From the NCBI GenBank assembly GCA_001642005.1, contig LWCA01000186.1, positions 1-42,795 on the forward strand: 42,795 bases of DNA, read 5' to 3'. Made by a program: the position numbers and the translations under genes. Positions 27,504 through 40,400 of the stretch are shown piece after piece. The notes beneath the pieces are model-generated. The model ran no database searches, was not told where the DNA came from, and saw only the letters and a program-made list of their open reading frames with translations. The stretch is from Intoshia linei. Lineage: Eukaryota; Animalia; Orthonectida. Positions within the stretch are counted from its first letter, which is position 1. Every line of letters starts with the position of its first letter.

Positions 27504-29463
27504 ATGAATCGTAAGCAAAAGTTAAAAAATTTAATGAAAGAAACCAAAAAAAAGTTAGATGATAAAAAGAAACTAAAGACTAAAAATGCTATTGAAATTG
27601 AATCATTATCATTATCACCATTTTTCAAATATCCTTTTATTCAAAAGTTTATTCTTTTATATACATATGAATTTACAGGTCGTTTGAAAAGGTATAGGTA
27701 AATACTACAAATGGTAGTTTTATTTTAGTTAATGCAATGTGAGTAATCTAATTTTATCGAAATTGAAGGAAAATGTATTTTTATTATTTTTTTAGCAGTA
27801 ATGAAAGTTGGCTGATTTTTATGACATTTTGTAAAATTTAGGTTTTTAATTTTAGATTTGATAACATTTAATTTTTGCTTCTAAGAAAAATTAAATGTGA
27901 TCCCTATCCCCAAAACATTTTAAAAATGTATTTTTTTATTAAAGTTTGATAAAATTATACATTATATTAAGTATTATTTTTGGAAAGATTTGGTAAAAGT
28001 AGATTTTTTGGTTCAAGGTTGATATATTTGAATTTTTTTAACACGATTTTATTATATTGTGATTTTTTAAGGGTTTGATGGAATTAAACTGATTTTGATG
28101 AGATTTCATAAAATTATGTTTTTTAATTTTATTTGATTTTCAAAAAAAGGATAATTGAAGTTTTTGACCAGTAAGATGTGATTTTATAAGATTAAAGTTT
28201 ATCTTACTTTTACTCGAAAAAAACTAATAGAAATTTATAATTTTTAAAATTCTAAGACTCTTAGTTATTGAAATAAACGATAACACAGACAGACAAGTAA
28301 AGAGTTTTATATAAGTTAGGATATTTAAATTAAATTAACTGTTTAATTTCCTATACAATACGTACATAAAAAAGAGAATCATGTGTACTTGCTGTCGAAC
28401 CTTTGTACCAAACTTAAAATCTCATTTATCTTCTCAACAACATTTGAATGTAATTTTAAAATGTTATATAAATTATTTTGAACTCTAGGCGTCAAATGAA
28501 TTGAATAATTTAAATTCAAGTAGAAAAAAAATTAAAGTCGATAAAACTGAATTATATTCTGAAAACGAAAATGTTGATATTGAAATGGAAGAACCAAAAT
28601 TTACACCAAAAATTGAAGAAATCACAAAAAAACTCGAGTATATATTAAATTTCTTTTATATTACTTAGATTTATATTTATATTAAAATTACTTAGTACGG
28701 AACTAGAAAAACCCAATGTATTTTCAGACCAAAAATCAATATTATCCAACCTTCCAGATGGCTTTTTTGATGATTATGTTCAAATCGATTCAGTTTAAAA
28801 TCATTTTTTTCAATTCATATTTGAATTAGAAACGCAAAGCTATATCTAAAAAAACATTGGAAATGGACAAACAATGGGACCAATTTCAAAGGGATCTTAA
28901 AATGCAAAATGAGGTAATTCAAAATTGACAACATCTACATTATTTAGATGAATATGGAAATGGCAGTCAAAACAATTGATGAAAACATGTTTCACAATTC
29001 AATTCAAGAAGTGGATAAACAAATGTAATTATAAATAATTCCAGATCAAACCAGGTATAAGGTAGTCAGAAACTAAAGAAATTACGGATATTTTTTTTGC
29101 CAATTTGAAACTGTTTGTTTTACTTTAATTTTACCTTATGTTATTATTATATTGTCCTATATAGTGCAGTGTTTCTAACCGTTCGCAAAAATAAAAAACT
29201 AGTTTAAAATATTTTAAATGTTAAAATTTACACGTACCAAAAGGGTTGGAAACATTCATATAGTGATTATAAATATATCTAACTTGTATTTTAGTGAGTT
29301 GTGGTCACGCGTTGAAAAAATAAACGAATCCATAGATAATAGATTAACAGAAATAAAAAATATAAAATACAGTAAAATTGAAACAGCTTCGAGTGATGAA
29401 TCAGACGTTGACTCGGAAGATTTGGAAAAACTTTCAGAAGTTTGGACAAAAAATGTATTATAA
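27504..29463 (+). CDS. ZNF830: Zinc finger protein 830 (CCDC16/Omcg1), multi-exon
   Basis: LKNLMKE...SPFFKY, CTCC...HLSSQQH zinc finger, LPDGFFDD, MDKQWDQFQ, EVDKQI|ELWSRVEKI, acidic tail ending WTKNVL. Confidence 0.92.
27629..27664 (+). other. Candidate U12-type AT-AC intron in ZNF830 (alternative acceptor at 28361)
   Basis: ATATCCTTT at 27629 in phase 2 of the Lys codon of SPFFK; AC at 27663-27664 restores KYEFTGRL; AC at 28360-28361 restores KYIKKRIMC. Confidence 0.8.
28130..28321 (-). mobile_element. Helitron-like repeat 5' end in ZNF830 intron
   Basis: Minus strand A|TCCTAACTTATATAA...TTGTCTGTCTGTG...TTTATTTCAATAACTAAGAGTCTTAGAATTTT matches the 17874 copy. Confidence 0.55.
29167..29257. 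mobile_element. 91-bp hAT-type MITE in last ZNF830 intron
   Basis: CAGTGTTTCTAACC...GGTTGGAAACATTC with 8-bp duplication ATATAGTG at 29159-29166 and 29258-29265. Confidence 0.8.
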
Positions 29464-29503
29464 TTTCAACATTTTGTATATAAATATTAAATTGTATGTA
29501 CAA

Positions 29504-30150
29504 TTATCTTTTAGGTCTTCTCAATTCTAAAAAGTTAATACATTTATAATGTTGAAATAATTAATGTATATTGTACCTTCTGTATTATACCAATCATCGG
29601 AGTCACTACTAGTAGCTGGAATAGTCATTGTGCCATTTTCAAATACATTAGAAATTCTGAAATTTTTTAATAAATAAAATGCATGTCAATATAAATACCG
29701 TTTACTGGCCACTCTGGAACTATTTCTTCCATGTCCAAGGCATTTATTTAAGTGGTTACTGTATTTAATGCAACAAACTTCTCTGTGGCAGAGGCCACAA
29801 TAACAATAATAACTACTTGTTGGTGTGAATCCGTTTTCTAAAATTACATTGAAATTATATCAATTAAAGGTAGTACGATTTGATGAGTACGGCTTATTTT
29901 CCTCTGCCAATTTGGAGCTAAACACGTTGATTAATTTTTATATTTTTTATTACGTTTCGGGTACAAGTAAATTAAGGTAATCAAAGTGTTTTGCTCGGTG
30001 AAATTCTATTGCAGTCATTTTTATAACATAGTTTAGTAAAATATCAAATGTTTTTTTGGATTCATCGTCTTGGCTAATATTTATGAAAATTATTTATAAT
30101 GAAATGTACCTTTTGATGGGATTCTTTGAATCTTTCTGCGAGTCGGTCAT
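29504..30150 (-). CDS. SGF11: SAGA deubiquitinase-module subunit Sgf11 / ATXN7L3, 6 small exons (in-frame upstream ATG at 30222 possible)
   Basis: Spliced TAIEFHRAKHFDY and CYCGLCHREVCCIKYSNHLNKCLGHGRNSSRVASKR|I, the Sgf11 zinc finger plus GRNSSRxA motif; DSDDW; missed by the ORF track. Confidence 0.92.
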
Positions 30151-31824
30151 TTTAAATTTGTTTTTCAGAAATGAATTAATTATAGTATTCAATATATAGG
30201 CATGGTGATGACTACAGCTCATATTCAATTGATGGGTTACCACTGGTTCTAAATTTTTTCAATGATTTCTCTTAATTTATAATTAAAACAATCTCAATTT
30301 TAGTACATTACGTATAATTATACTTATAGTTCAATTGTGTTCATTATAATTAGCGTAAAATTTTAGTAGGTTTTATTATTGCTAAAATCAATGAATTACA
30401 ATATAATATGTTGCAATGCTAATTAATGACATATACTTTTATTAACAAAATATTTGTAGTGTCAAAATTTTATAAATTATAATTATTATACATATAACAT
30501 GTACTAATGAATATCAGATATTAATTTAAGATAATATCAAAAGCTATTTTAGTCATTGTAGTGCCGCACTACAATTACTAGTGCGTAATCATCAAAATTA
30601 ATCGAGCTAAAAATTTAAAATATCATTACATATTAATACATTATTTTTCAATTAATTCTTTATTATTTGAAATATACTATAATAATGGATTATAATCGTT
30701 CACTATAATTCAATTTTTCAAATTTAAAGTCCCAAAAGTAAATTTAATGTAAATGAAAAATTAAATCTGTAATTATAACTTTCTAAATTGAAATGAGATA
30801 AGATTTTATCAATCAATTTTTCCATATCATGGATACGATTTTACATAATTTTAATTAATCTGATCATATTTCTATTTTTCATAGTTTTTTATCTAAAATA
30901 AAGGAAAAACATTTAAAAATGCCTGAAATTTAGATTTTAAAAATTAAAAAATTTTTCATCATGTCATTCATTCAGTACTCAAAATTTCAGTATTTCTTAT
31001 CCGTGGCGATTAATTACAAAGTCAAATTTACCATATCCGAGACCTCTCTCGGGGCCTTTACGAAATTTTTCCAAATTGGGTACATATCAAATCTATTGTA
31101 TTTAAAAAATTATGTTGTTGAAATCATAATTTTTTTGTTAGTAAAATTTAGAATTCCAATATCAGACCCGTAGAAAAGTGACAAAGGCTATATGTCACCA
31201 CTAATCATTTGCAATTTTCTAAGGTAAAATTTAATACAAAATAAGTTATCTTATTTTGAAAAATGGTTTTAAAAGTTTTAGTTTATATTTTAAATTAATG
31301 GCGAGTTATAGAGTTGTCGAGTTGTGGAGAGAATACTGTAATGAGGTATGACTCGATCGAGAACTGAACCTACCATACTCCAAGAGTACTCTTCGGGTGG
31401 TTTATTTTTCAGAATTGAGCATTTAAGAATTAATATTCTTGAATATCACAACTGTTGTGTGTCCTAAATTTAAAATGCCAAGCTAAAAATGTTTGAGATG
31501 TGACACCACTAATTGTTTGTAAAATTTTTTAAGGCGAAAATTTTTCATTTTCGGTGGCCTCGAGCTTGGCAGTTTGGCTCTGACCCGGTTCATATACTTG
31601 CTAGTAATTCAGTATTTTCATTCATTATTAGCCTATTAGACCAGTATATGTCAAACGGCACGACCAGCTAATCTTACGTGTGCCCAGCGAAATATTGAAA
31701 AGTATCTGTTTACTTAAGTTGTTAACTTAAACTCAGTTACATCAAATTTAAAAAAAATGCAATTTATTAGATGCATTCAACATAGGCCGTTGCATATTTA
31801 AATTTATCCAAATTTATATTTTAG

Positions 31825-34800
31825 GTTTAAACTGTAAAAACGAAGATAAACACACCAAACAATGTTCGAAAATTGAAAAATAAAAATAGCACTGAAATAT
31901 TCACTAATTAGTACGAAATATCTGTTAAAATCTGAAATGAATGGTATCAATGTATTTAAAAAGTACTTGTATTCTTGTTTACACGTTCAAAAATGTTTAC
32001 ATAACACTATCAGCCATGTAAAAATGTGTAAAATATACTTTGTAATATTGTACCTTCCTATAAGTAACTATTTCAATTCACCATTTATTTATTTTTAGTT
32101 ATAAAGACCCACTTCAATGTAATAAAACTTTTGTACATTTTAATAATTTCTAGTCTTTGAGTATCATAAAATCTGATGAAATAAATCTTGCTGACAATAC
32201 AAAAATTTTACAAAAAATTTTGAAACACAACCAAATCAACGCTTATGTTTTCAACAATTATCATGATGTTCCAGAATACGTGATAAATTTATCAAAGGAT
32301 CACATACAATACCATAAAAAAATATTCGCTAAATATATTTTGTAATGTATGGGAAATGTATTTATTAATAATAATTTAGGTACCTTTATATTGTCGCTGC
32401 AAATACAAACAAATTTATCAATACTATTCGATTTTTCAACATGAAAAATACCGACATTTTCTACAGATATAGTTTTGATCAAAATAAAAAGTGTTCCTAT
32501 ATTGTGATATTTAATAGTTTAGGTTTTTTTAAATGTTTTTAAAATAATTAAAACTAAAGGAAGAGTTTTTTATTTAAAATTTTGTTTAGATTTAAATAAT
32601 TACATTTATTCATATTTCAACAAATTGGGATACACGAGTTTATGTTTAATTAAAGTATCGTCTTTAAAGGAAGAAATAAAAATGACATTGTCACTTAGTT
32701 TAATGAATGTCGGATATGCGACAATTTCTAGCAAATATCAATTATATGAAAACACTCATCAACGTTTCATAAACGTTTTTAAATCTATTCCGATTAATTT
32801 ATTTCAAAAACCTGATATTGATTCTAACCATTATGATAAATTTAATATATATCACATTTCTAAAAATATTTATATTGATGTTTTTGAGCCAATTGTTTAT
32901 AAATCACATTTCAAAAATATAAATGAAATATCAAAAATTGACACAAATATTGTAAAATTAGTTTACACTGCATCTAGTCCTACTATACGCCGCAAATATG
33001 AACTTTTGGTAGGCATTTTTGTAGGCCGTCAAAAAACAGTTTTGATGAAAAGTAATTATTTTAATTATTAATTATTTTTATTATAATTATTCGGATAAAT
33101 CAGTCATTGTTAAGTGAACAAATTTAAATGAAAACTAAATTTGATATGAACCATATACGTTTATTATTAATATAATAAAAATTACCTGAACATTGAAATG
33201 CACATTTCCAAAAAAATGATAATGTAAAATAAAATATTACCTGTGACGAAAATTGCGCCAGATAATTAGACAAGAACTGATAAATATTACTCCATTTTCA
33301 AATAACATGGATACATTCTGGCGCAATTAATTCATAACACATGACAGGCAACATTTTGGAATTTTGATACTTTGAAATTGAAAATTTTATTGATAATAAT
33401 AGAAATGTAATTATTATGATAAAAATAGTTTAATTAACATAGATTTTAATTATATTCCAGTAGAAATATTTTTACATGTGTATTTTTTATGATAATTTAA
33501 AATGATTTAGTCGTTATTCGAATATTGAACAGTATTTTCGCCAAACATAAATACATAATAAACGTAATCCCTCTGGTGAAATCTTGTTCCAAATCGGATA
33601 AATCTATTCGGCAAATAATGAGCCAACGTTTTGATGTCATCATTGGCTGCCCATGTGATGATGTATGGGGTGATATCATGGACATATTAAAATTGCGTGA
33701 TATTCGCTTTATTCAAACCATTGACAAAACATTTCAATCAACTGAAAAAACAATTATATTTTACAATAAATACCAAGTCATGATGTAAATTTGTATAAAT
33801 TTAAATTAATTACATTAAAAAATTTAGAAATTTCATTTTAAAAAAAATGAATAAATTGGAAAATTTACGATTATTAATGATTACAAATAAGAAAAGCCAA
33901 ACTAAAACTTGGATCAAAAAATTTTTAAAATCTTTTAAAGAAAATAAAAAAAATTGGAAAAATTCAACACTTACAAATATAAAGATTGACAATGTAAACC
34001 TGTATAATTATATAAAAGATCACAGTGTATTAATTGTCGTGATTCAACAAAAAGCATTAATTTATTTTTTGAATCATTACATCCAATGGGTAAGTTTGAA
34101 GTATGTAAACATATTCATATTTTTAGATTGTACTTTCAAAGCTAGATGTAAAAACCATGTATCATACCATTTTATGGATTAATCTTTATGAAACTAATTC
34201 AATTGAAAATTTATGTAATAAAAAATGCTCAAAAGAGGTCAAGAATGTACTGGAAAATGTATATGTGCTCAGTTTTTACAATTCAACCATTGTTTATAAT
34301 TCAAATCAACTTAAAAATTTGAATTATTTTATTCATCCTTATATTCCTCTAAATTCAAAGGTTTTATAACGTTTTTATTTTATAAATTATTAGGGTAAAC
34401 TCAGCAATGACAGCAGATTTTATCAAATTTATATTTATAATATTGTTAATATTGTATACAAAATATTACCCAATTTAACAACATCATTTCAACATAAAAG
34501 GTAGTTTTAATTGGTTATTGGGGTTGAAATTGAAACTGGTGAACAATATGAAATTTTGGTCGCAAAATATTTATAGCGTTAGTAGTTATAAGCCTTTTTA
34601 AGTCATGTATCATATGTGATACATCGGTTTTGAAAGGGTTAAAAATAGTATATTTTAATAAGCCTAAAGTACATAATCCTCTTTAACTAATCTTTGAAAG
34701 GTTAATATTAAAAAAATTTAGTTTAACTAAAAATTATTTTTGACTAGGAATAGACTTGTGGGGTTCAATTTTTTCTCTAGATATACTGAAATAAACTGTA

Positions 34801-37359
34801 TCAGAATAATAAATTTTTTTTAAATTATTAAAGCATTATTCGTGATTTAATATTTTTTGATAGTTAGTATATATAGTCAGATCTGTATATAGGTTTGTTT
34901 TTACTTTATTTTTAATAATATAGATATATTCTGTCTAACAAATTAAAAAAATGAGATAAGAATTGTTTTTAAAATTCTTTACGCAAATTTTAACAAAAAA
35001 AAATTAAGATGAAATAATTCACTTTAAAGTAAAAAGAAATGTGATGTGACGGTTCTACCTGAAACAAGTTTGGGAACCACTCCTTTAAAGGATTGATTAT
35101 AATCAATCCTTTAACTATAATTATAGTAGGAGTTTTAAGTTTTTCAACGTGAATTTATTTTTTTGGTAGAATAAAAATTGTTTCATGTTTCCTAGTAATT
35201 TCACTTTAATGGTCCGCGATAAATTTTATAATTTATCAACGGTCCGCCGTAAAAAAAGTGTGGGAAACCCTGAACATTAAACTTTAATGTATTATATTTA
35301 ATTTTAGTGTTAATATTATAAAAGAAGAATATTTAAATAATTTTCTATTAAATAATGTAAAAATACAAAATAACAACCTAATCACCACTGTATACATTTA
35401 CCGAATCATTAAAAACGAATGGAAATTAATCAATTATTTTCAAGAAAATGAAACCGTAAAGTCCAGAATTGTTTGGAGAATTTATAATCCTTATTTATGG
35501 TACCATACTATAGAATATCCTAAAATCCTTTTACCCTACGGTAAATTACTGAATAAGTCCTGCTCGATTCAATGGTTATCAGATCTCTTAAATATTGAAT
35601 GTAAAAGCAGTTTTTATATATTTATATCATCTTTATTTCTATTCATAACCGGACTCATCATTATCATTACTTCTATAGTGTTATTGTAATACTTTTTTTT
35701 TCGTAAATAATATTTTTAGAAAACAATTTGATAGAGTCAAAGATATGGATACTTTGTATAATTTATTCAAAAAAAATAAATCAACTGAAATATACAACCT
35801 CAAACGTGAAAATATTACTATTGCTTATACTATCGAGGAAAATGACAATTTTGATATATTCAACGGCACGTATTTAACTAATGGAGTACACATAAAAACA
35901 ATTGTTAAAGTTTTAAAAAGCAGGAGCAATTATATCGCAAAGGTTTTTTTAAATCAGTGATTCCCAACGTGGGGCATGCGCCCCAGCCATGTGGCTTGTC
36001 AATATTTGGTTGGGCTTTAAAAATTTGAAAAACAAAATAATTGATTAGTTATCAATGATTTCTATTGTTACAAATTCATATGGAAATATTTGTTATAAAT
36101 TATGGTGGGGCATAACACTTAAAAAATTAGGAAACAGTTTTAAATATATTTTACAAAATTGTATGATTTGACAAGTGGGAAAGATTTAACAAATTTATGA
36201 TTAAGATTCGAATGTCGCGATTATCCATAACTGAAAAATTTAGATTATTTTTAGATGACGTTTTACAACGAATTCTTAATAATGAGTAGTATTAAACATG
36301 AAAACTTGATAATTTTTATTGGACTAATATACAAAACCTTTCCGATAACAATGATATATGAAAATCTAAATAACAGTAATTTATTATCATTTGATATTCA
36401 AAAAAGTTTAGAATCATTACACAAATTCCTTACTGATAGAAAAAAATTACTCACACCCACTAATATTCATTTTTTTGGTTTTTCTAATTCCTCTTTAACC
36501 ACCCTTGCTGAAGGTGTAATAAAGGGATTAATTTATTTAAAAGAAAAGGAAATTATACACGGGTATTTTTATGTTAGTTGTAATCAAATTTCAATATATG
36601 AAACGCTTGTAATGAAAGGTCGAAAACAGGGCTTTTTGTATTTTTCAAAATTAAAGTGTACTATGGATAATATCAATTGGATATGAGTGAAGAATTTTTT
36701 TAAATATTTTTGATTATACATTCAAAAATATGCTTATACTTTGATATACAAGCTTTTCAAAACATTTTAAATTTGTAGTCATAATTTTAATAATATTTTG
36801 CTTTTTAGATTCATATGCGCTAAAAATGTATTTGTGGACTCTCAATATAAAACAAAAATTGGAAATTTGATGTACGCAAGTTCATTTGGAGAACATAACA
36901 TATTACAATTATTTAAAGGTAGTTTAAAATTCAGAAACAATTTATAAATACTTAGAAAATGAATATGACAAACGCTGGCTTTCTCCAGAAATAAACTTGA
37001 ACAATGAGATTGGATATAACACCGATGTTTGGGGTTTGGGTATATTGATATTCGAAATAATAACATTTTGCAACATACCATTTGAAAACTGCAGCCTTGC
37101 AAGACTAGACGAAAGATCTACATATCTAGACGGAATACGATTCGAAAACACTACTGAAAACTGCTCGTAATTATATTTAATTTGTTAACGTCTTAAATGT
37201 TCAATTAACAGTATGTTTAGTATAAATATCATTAAAAAATGTTTACAATTCAAAATAAACCTGCGTATCACAATTAATGAAGCAATGGAGGCATTAAAGT
37301 CAAAATCTAATTATTTAACAATGAACAAGAATGCCAAAATATTAATAGGTTATGCGTAA
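31825..37359 (+). CDS. Single-pass receptor: Venus-flytrap/ANF-receptor-like ectodomain, TM helix, tyrosine pseudokinase (Venus kinase receptor-like); 5' end unresolved
   Basis: Ectodomain LLVGIFV...INVIPLVKSC...FDVIIGCPCDD, FLNHYIQW; juxtamembrane CSIQWLSDLLNIEC; TM FYIFISSLFLFITGLIIIITSIVLL (about 35610-35685); kinase exons TIVKVLK, FYNEFLIMSSIKHENLIIFIG, IIHG|FICAKN, KIGNLM, RWLSPE, DVWGLGILIFEIITFCNIPF; stop 37357-37359. Confidence 0.75.
35085..35114. repeat. 30-bp perfect palindrome
   Basis: TTAAAGGATTGATTATAATCAATCCTTTAA is its own reverse complement. Confidence 0.95.
35955..36137. mobile_element. 183-bp hAT-type MITE in kinase-domain intron
   Basis: CAGTGATTCCCAACGTGGGGCATG ... TTAGGAAACAG with TTTTAAAT duplication at 35947-35954 and 36138-36145. 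Confidence 0.7.
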
Positions 37360-37405
37360 CGCACACAAATCAATATTTGTGTAATTATGTAAATACACAA
37401 TTTAA

Positions 37406-40400
37406 TCAATTACAAGGGGTAGCGTCCAATTGTTTTAGATTAGGGAGATGTAATTTCATTTTTCTTCGATACCCTTGATCCATTTTTACTTGATATTGAG
37501 GTGTTTCTTCATTTTCCTTTAAATTATTTTTATTGTACCATATTGGATTTCTTTCCATATAAACGGTTTCAAGATTTTCCAGTTTAGAAATTTTTTCAAT
37601 TTCGCTCCATTTGTCAATTTTGTTGTCATTCATCTAATTAATTAATTAAGTTAATTTGGTATTTAGCAACCTAATATGTATAAACTAACAGGATTAGACT
37701 ATCGCTTAAAATTACATTAGAAAAATCTTATAAATGTAAAAATAGACTAGGCATCCACTTTTTTGTAACCTTTAACGCATGGGTTCTTAACCTGGCGTAC
37801 CAAACCAGTTTTATTAAGGTGGTGGATGGTGGACCAGAAATTTTTTTTAAAATTGAATCTAATGTTATGTCAAATTTTATAATTTTGGGTTTTTTGAATA
37901 AAAGGTGAAATAATAATTTCCCAGTTACCACAGTGAGAATAGCATTTTATTAAATTTTTGAGGTGTCAAATCTAATTTTAATAAATTAAGGGGTGAAAAA
38001 TTGGAAAAAGTTTAAGAAATCATTGCTCTAAGCCAGCGTTTCTTAACCTTTTTACTTTAGGGCGCACCTGTGAAATAAATACAAATTTGGCGCACCTTAT
38101 ATTTTGAATAAAAAAAACATCGATATTCGAAAATGTGAAAAAATTAAAAACAATATAAATATACAATTATAATAATACATGTATTACAAACATATTGGTT
38201 GATAATATATTAAAAATTATTTTTCAGCGATAATACGTAGATTTCTGGGGTTAAAATTTTGTATTTATATCAACTGGAATAAGCTGCATCAGATTAATCT
38301 TTTTTTTAATTGTAGGACCGTTAATTATTTCAAATTTTTTGCTTTAATAAAATAGTTTTGAAATAAAAAAAATAATATTAAAATTCTTTTGTGAGCGTGA
38401 AATTGTTACTTTGTCTGATTGAAATTTTTTGTGTGTTAACAGGATATAACTGTGTCATCTGTAATTTTTTTTTAAAATTCTAGGGCTGATTTCATTTTTT
38501 AAAAAAATGGTAATCTGAGGTTTTGATTGTGAAAATAAACTTTTTTAAGATTCCCCTTTATAATTATATTTATGATTTTAATAACTATGCAAAAATTTAC
38601 GTTGTATAGAATTCTAAGACTTTTTTAATTACTACAAAAAATGGTAATATAGTGTTTTGGCCGTATATATTATTTAATATATATGATTTTGAATTTGAAA
38701 ATTATCATAATGTTAATGAATTTAAAATCTTTATCATATTGTGTATTTTTACAATTCTAGGACTGGTTTGATTTTAAAAAAAAGGGGCAATTTGGGTTTT
38801 TGGTATTGAAGGACTCAAATTATGAAAATAAAATTTGCGATAAAAAAACAATCTAGAAAAATTGTAACAGGAATATGAAACTTTTAAAACTCGATTCCTC
38901 TTATGTTCTTAAATAAACTGGAACAGACATACATTTTTAACTATTTTACTTTATATAAGTAAGGATAGTAAATCCCAAAATGTTAATCAAATAATTTTTA
39001 ATGTCAAAGTTTGACACTAATTTTAAAATATTTATAAAATAAAGTCAAATTTCTTTGCGGCGCACTTGAACTTTACTGATTGTGCACAAGTGCACCGCGG
39101 TGCAACGGTTAAGAATCAGTGCTCTAAGCCAAAAATAATTGTATTTTTATTGAAAACCTTAAAAAAAATGCCACTAAAAACTATGTTTACTAGAATTCAA
39201 ACTTTTTCACTCAAAATCCAGTTTTACTAACACTTTAGGGAAAATTCTACACGTATCAACCCTTAAGGCAGAGTGGGAAACCTTTTACATACCATCCGAA
39301 CAAATTTTTGTGAAACTCCAGCTACTAATAGAATTTATACGTATATAAATATGAACTATTTTAATTTTCATACAATATAAAGATATATGTGTACTACACT
39401 TTGATACTTTTAAAGTTGTTTTCATTTTGCTAGTTTACCAATATTTGGATTTAAATACGTCACTGAGAGCATAATAATTTACTTCAAGAAAAATAATGGA
39501 TCATTAATTAATTAAGACTTAATTATTAAGTGAATAGAGATTATTAAAGTACCGATAAATCAATGATTAGGATTATCTTGTTAATTAAAGATTAAATATA
39601 AGGTTAACGGATTTTCTAGTAGATTCGGAAAGTGTTCAGGTTATTTCTCCGCTACCACAGATTACTGAAAGAAAATAAATCTTATTTACAATTTAAAATT
39701 TCATTTTCAATTATCCCACAATTTAAATTTTAATTAATCCAAATTGCCAATTGGATTTTTCCCTTAAGCGGTGGTAAATTTTTATTTTTATAAAAATAGT
39801 TGGATTTAAGTAGACGCCCTTTAAAAATTATAGACGTATATATGTATAGATCAGTGTTACCACTGGTGGGGCATGACGAAATTTTTGATGGGACATTGGA
39901 AATTTGGTGGGGCCTGAGAAATATTACAAATTTATAGGATTATAAAACTTTAGATTAATTTATTGTTAATTTTATACAATATTCTCAAGTTTATAAGTGG
40001 CTATGTGATACTTAAACCAATTAATTGTTTTATTAAATTAATAGAATGACAAAAAACAAATATATCTTTAACGGTGGTGGGCTATTCAATTCAAATTTAA
40101 CTAAATTGATGAGTATATGCAAAATGCCAAATTTGCAAAATCATCCGACTATTTTTGCTAGAATTGCTTTGTTGCCATTTCCATCCTGTTATTTAGCAGA
40201 ATGAGGGTTTAGTGCAGTTTTAGACTTACTGCTAAAAAAATAAATAGACAAAAATTTCAAAAAAGGGGAGATCTACGATTAAAGCTTACAACATTAGTAC
40301 CTAATATTAATAAACTCTGTCAGAATCGTCAGGCTCAATCGTCTCATTAATTCTAAAAAATAAATACATTATTATTGTTTTATATTATTTATTAGTATAT

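Noticed and set aside
35720-37359. Receptor guanylyl cyclase
   Set aside because: No cyclase domain follows (stop at 37359, SDS22 46 bp away), and motifs RWLSPE / DVWGLG..EIITF are tyrosine-kinase-like; kept only as a fallback hypothesis.
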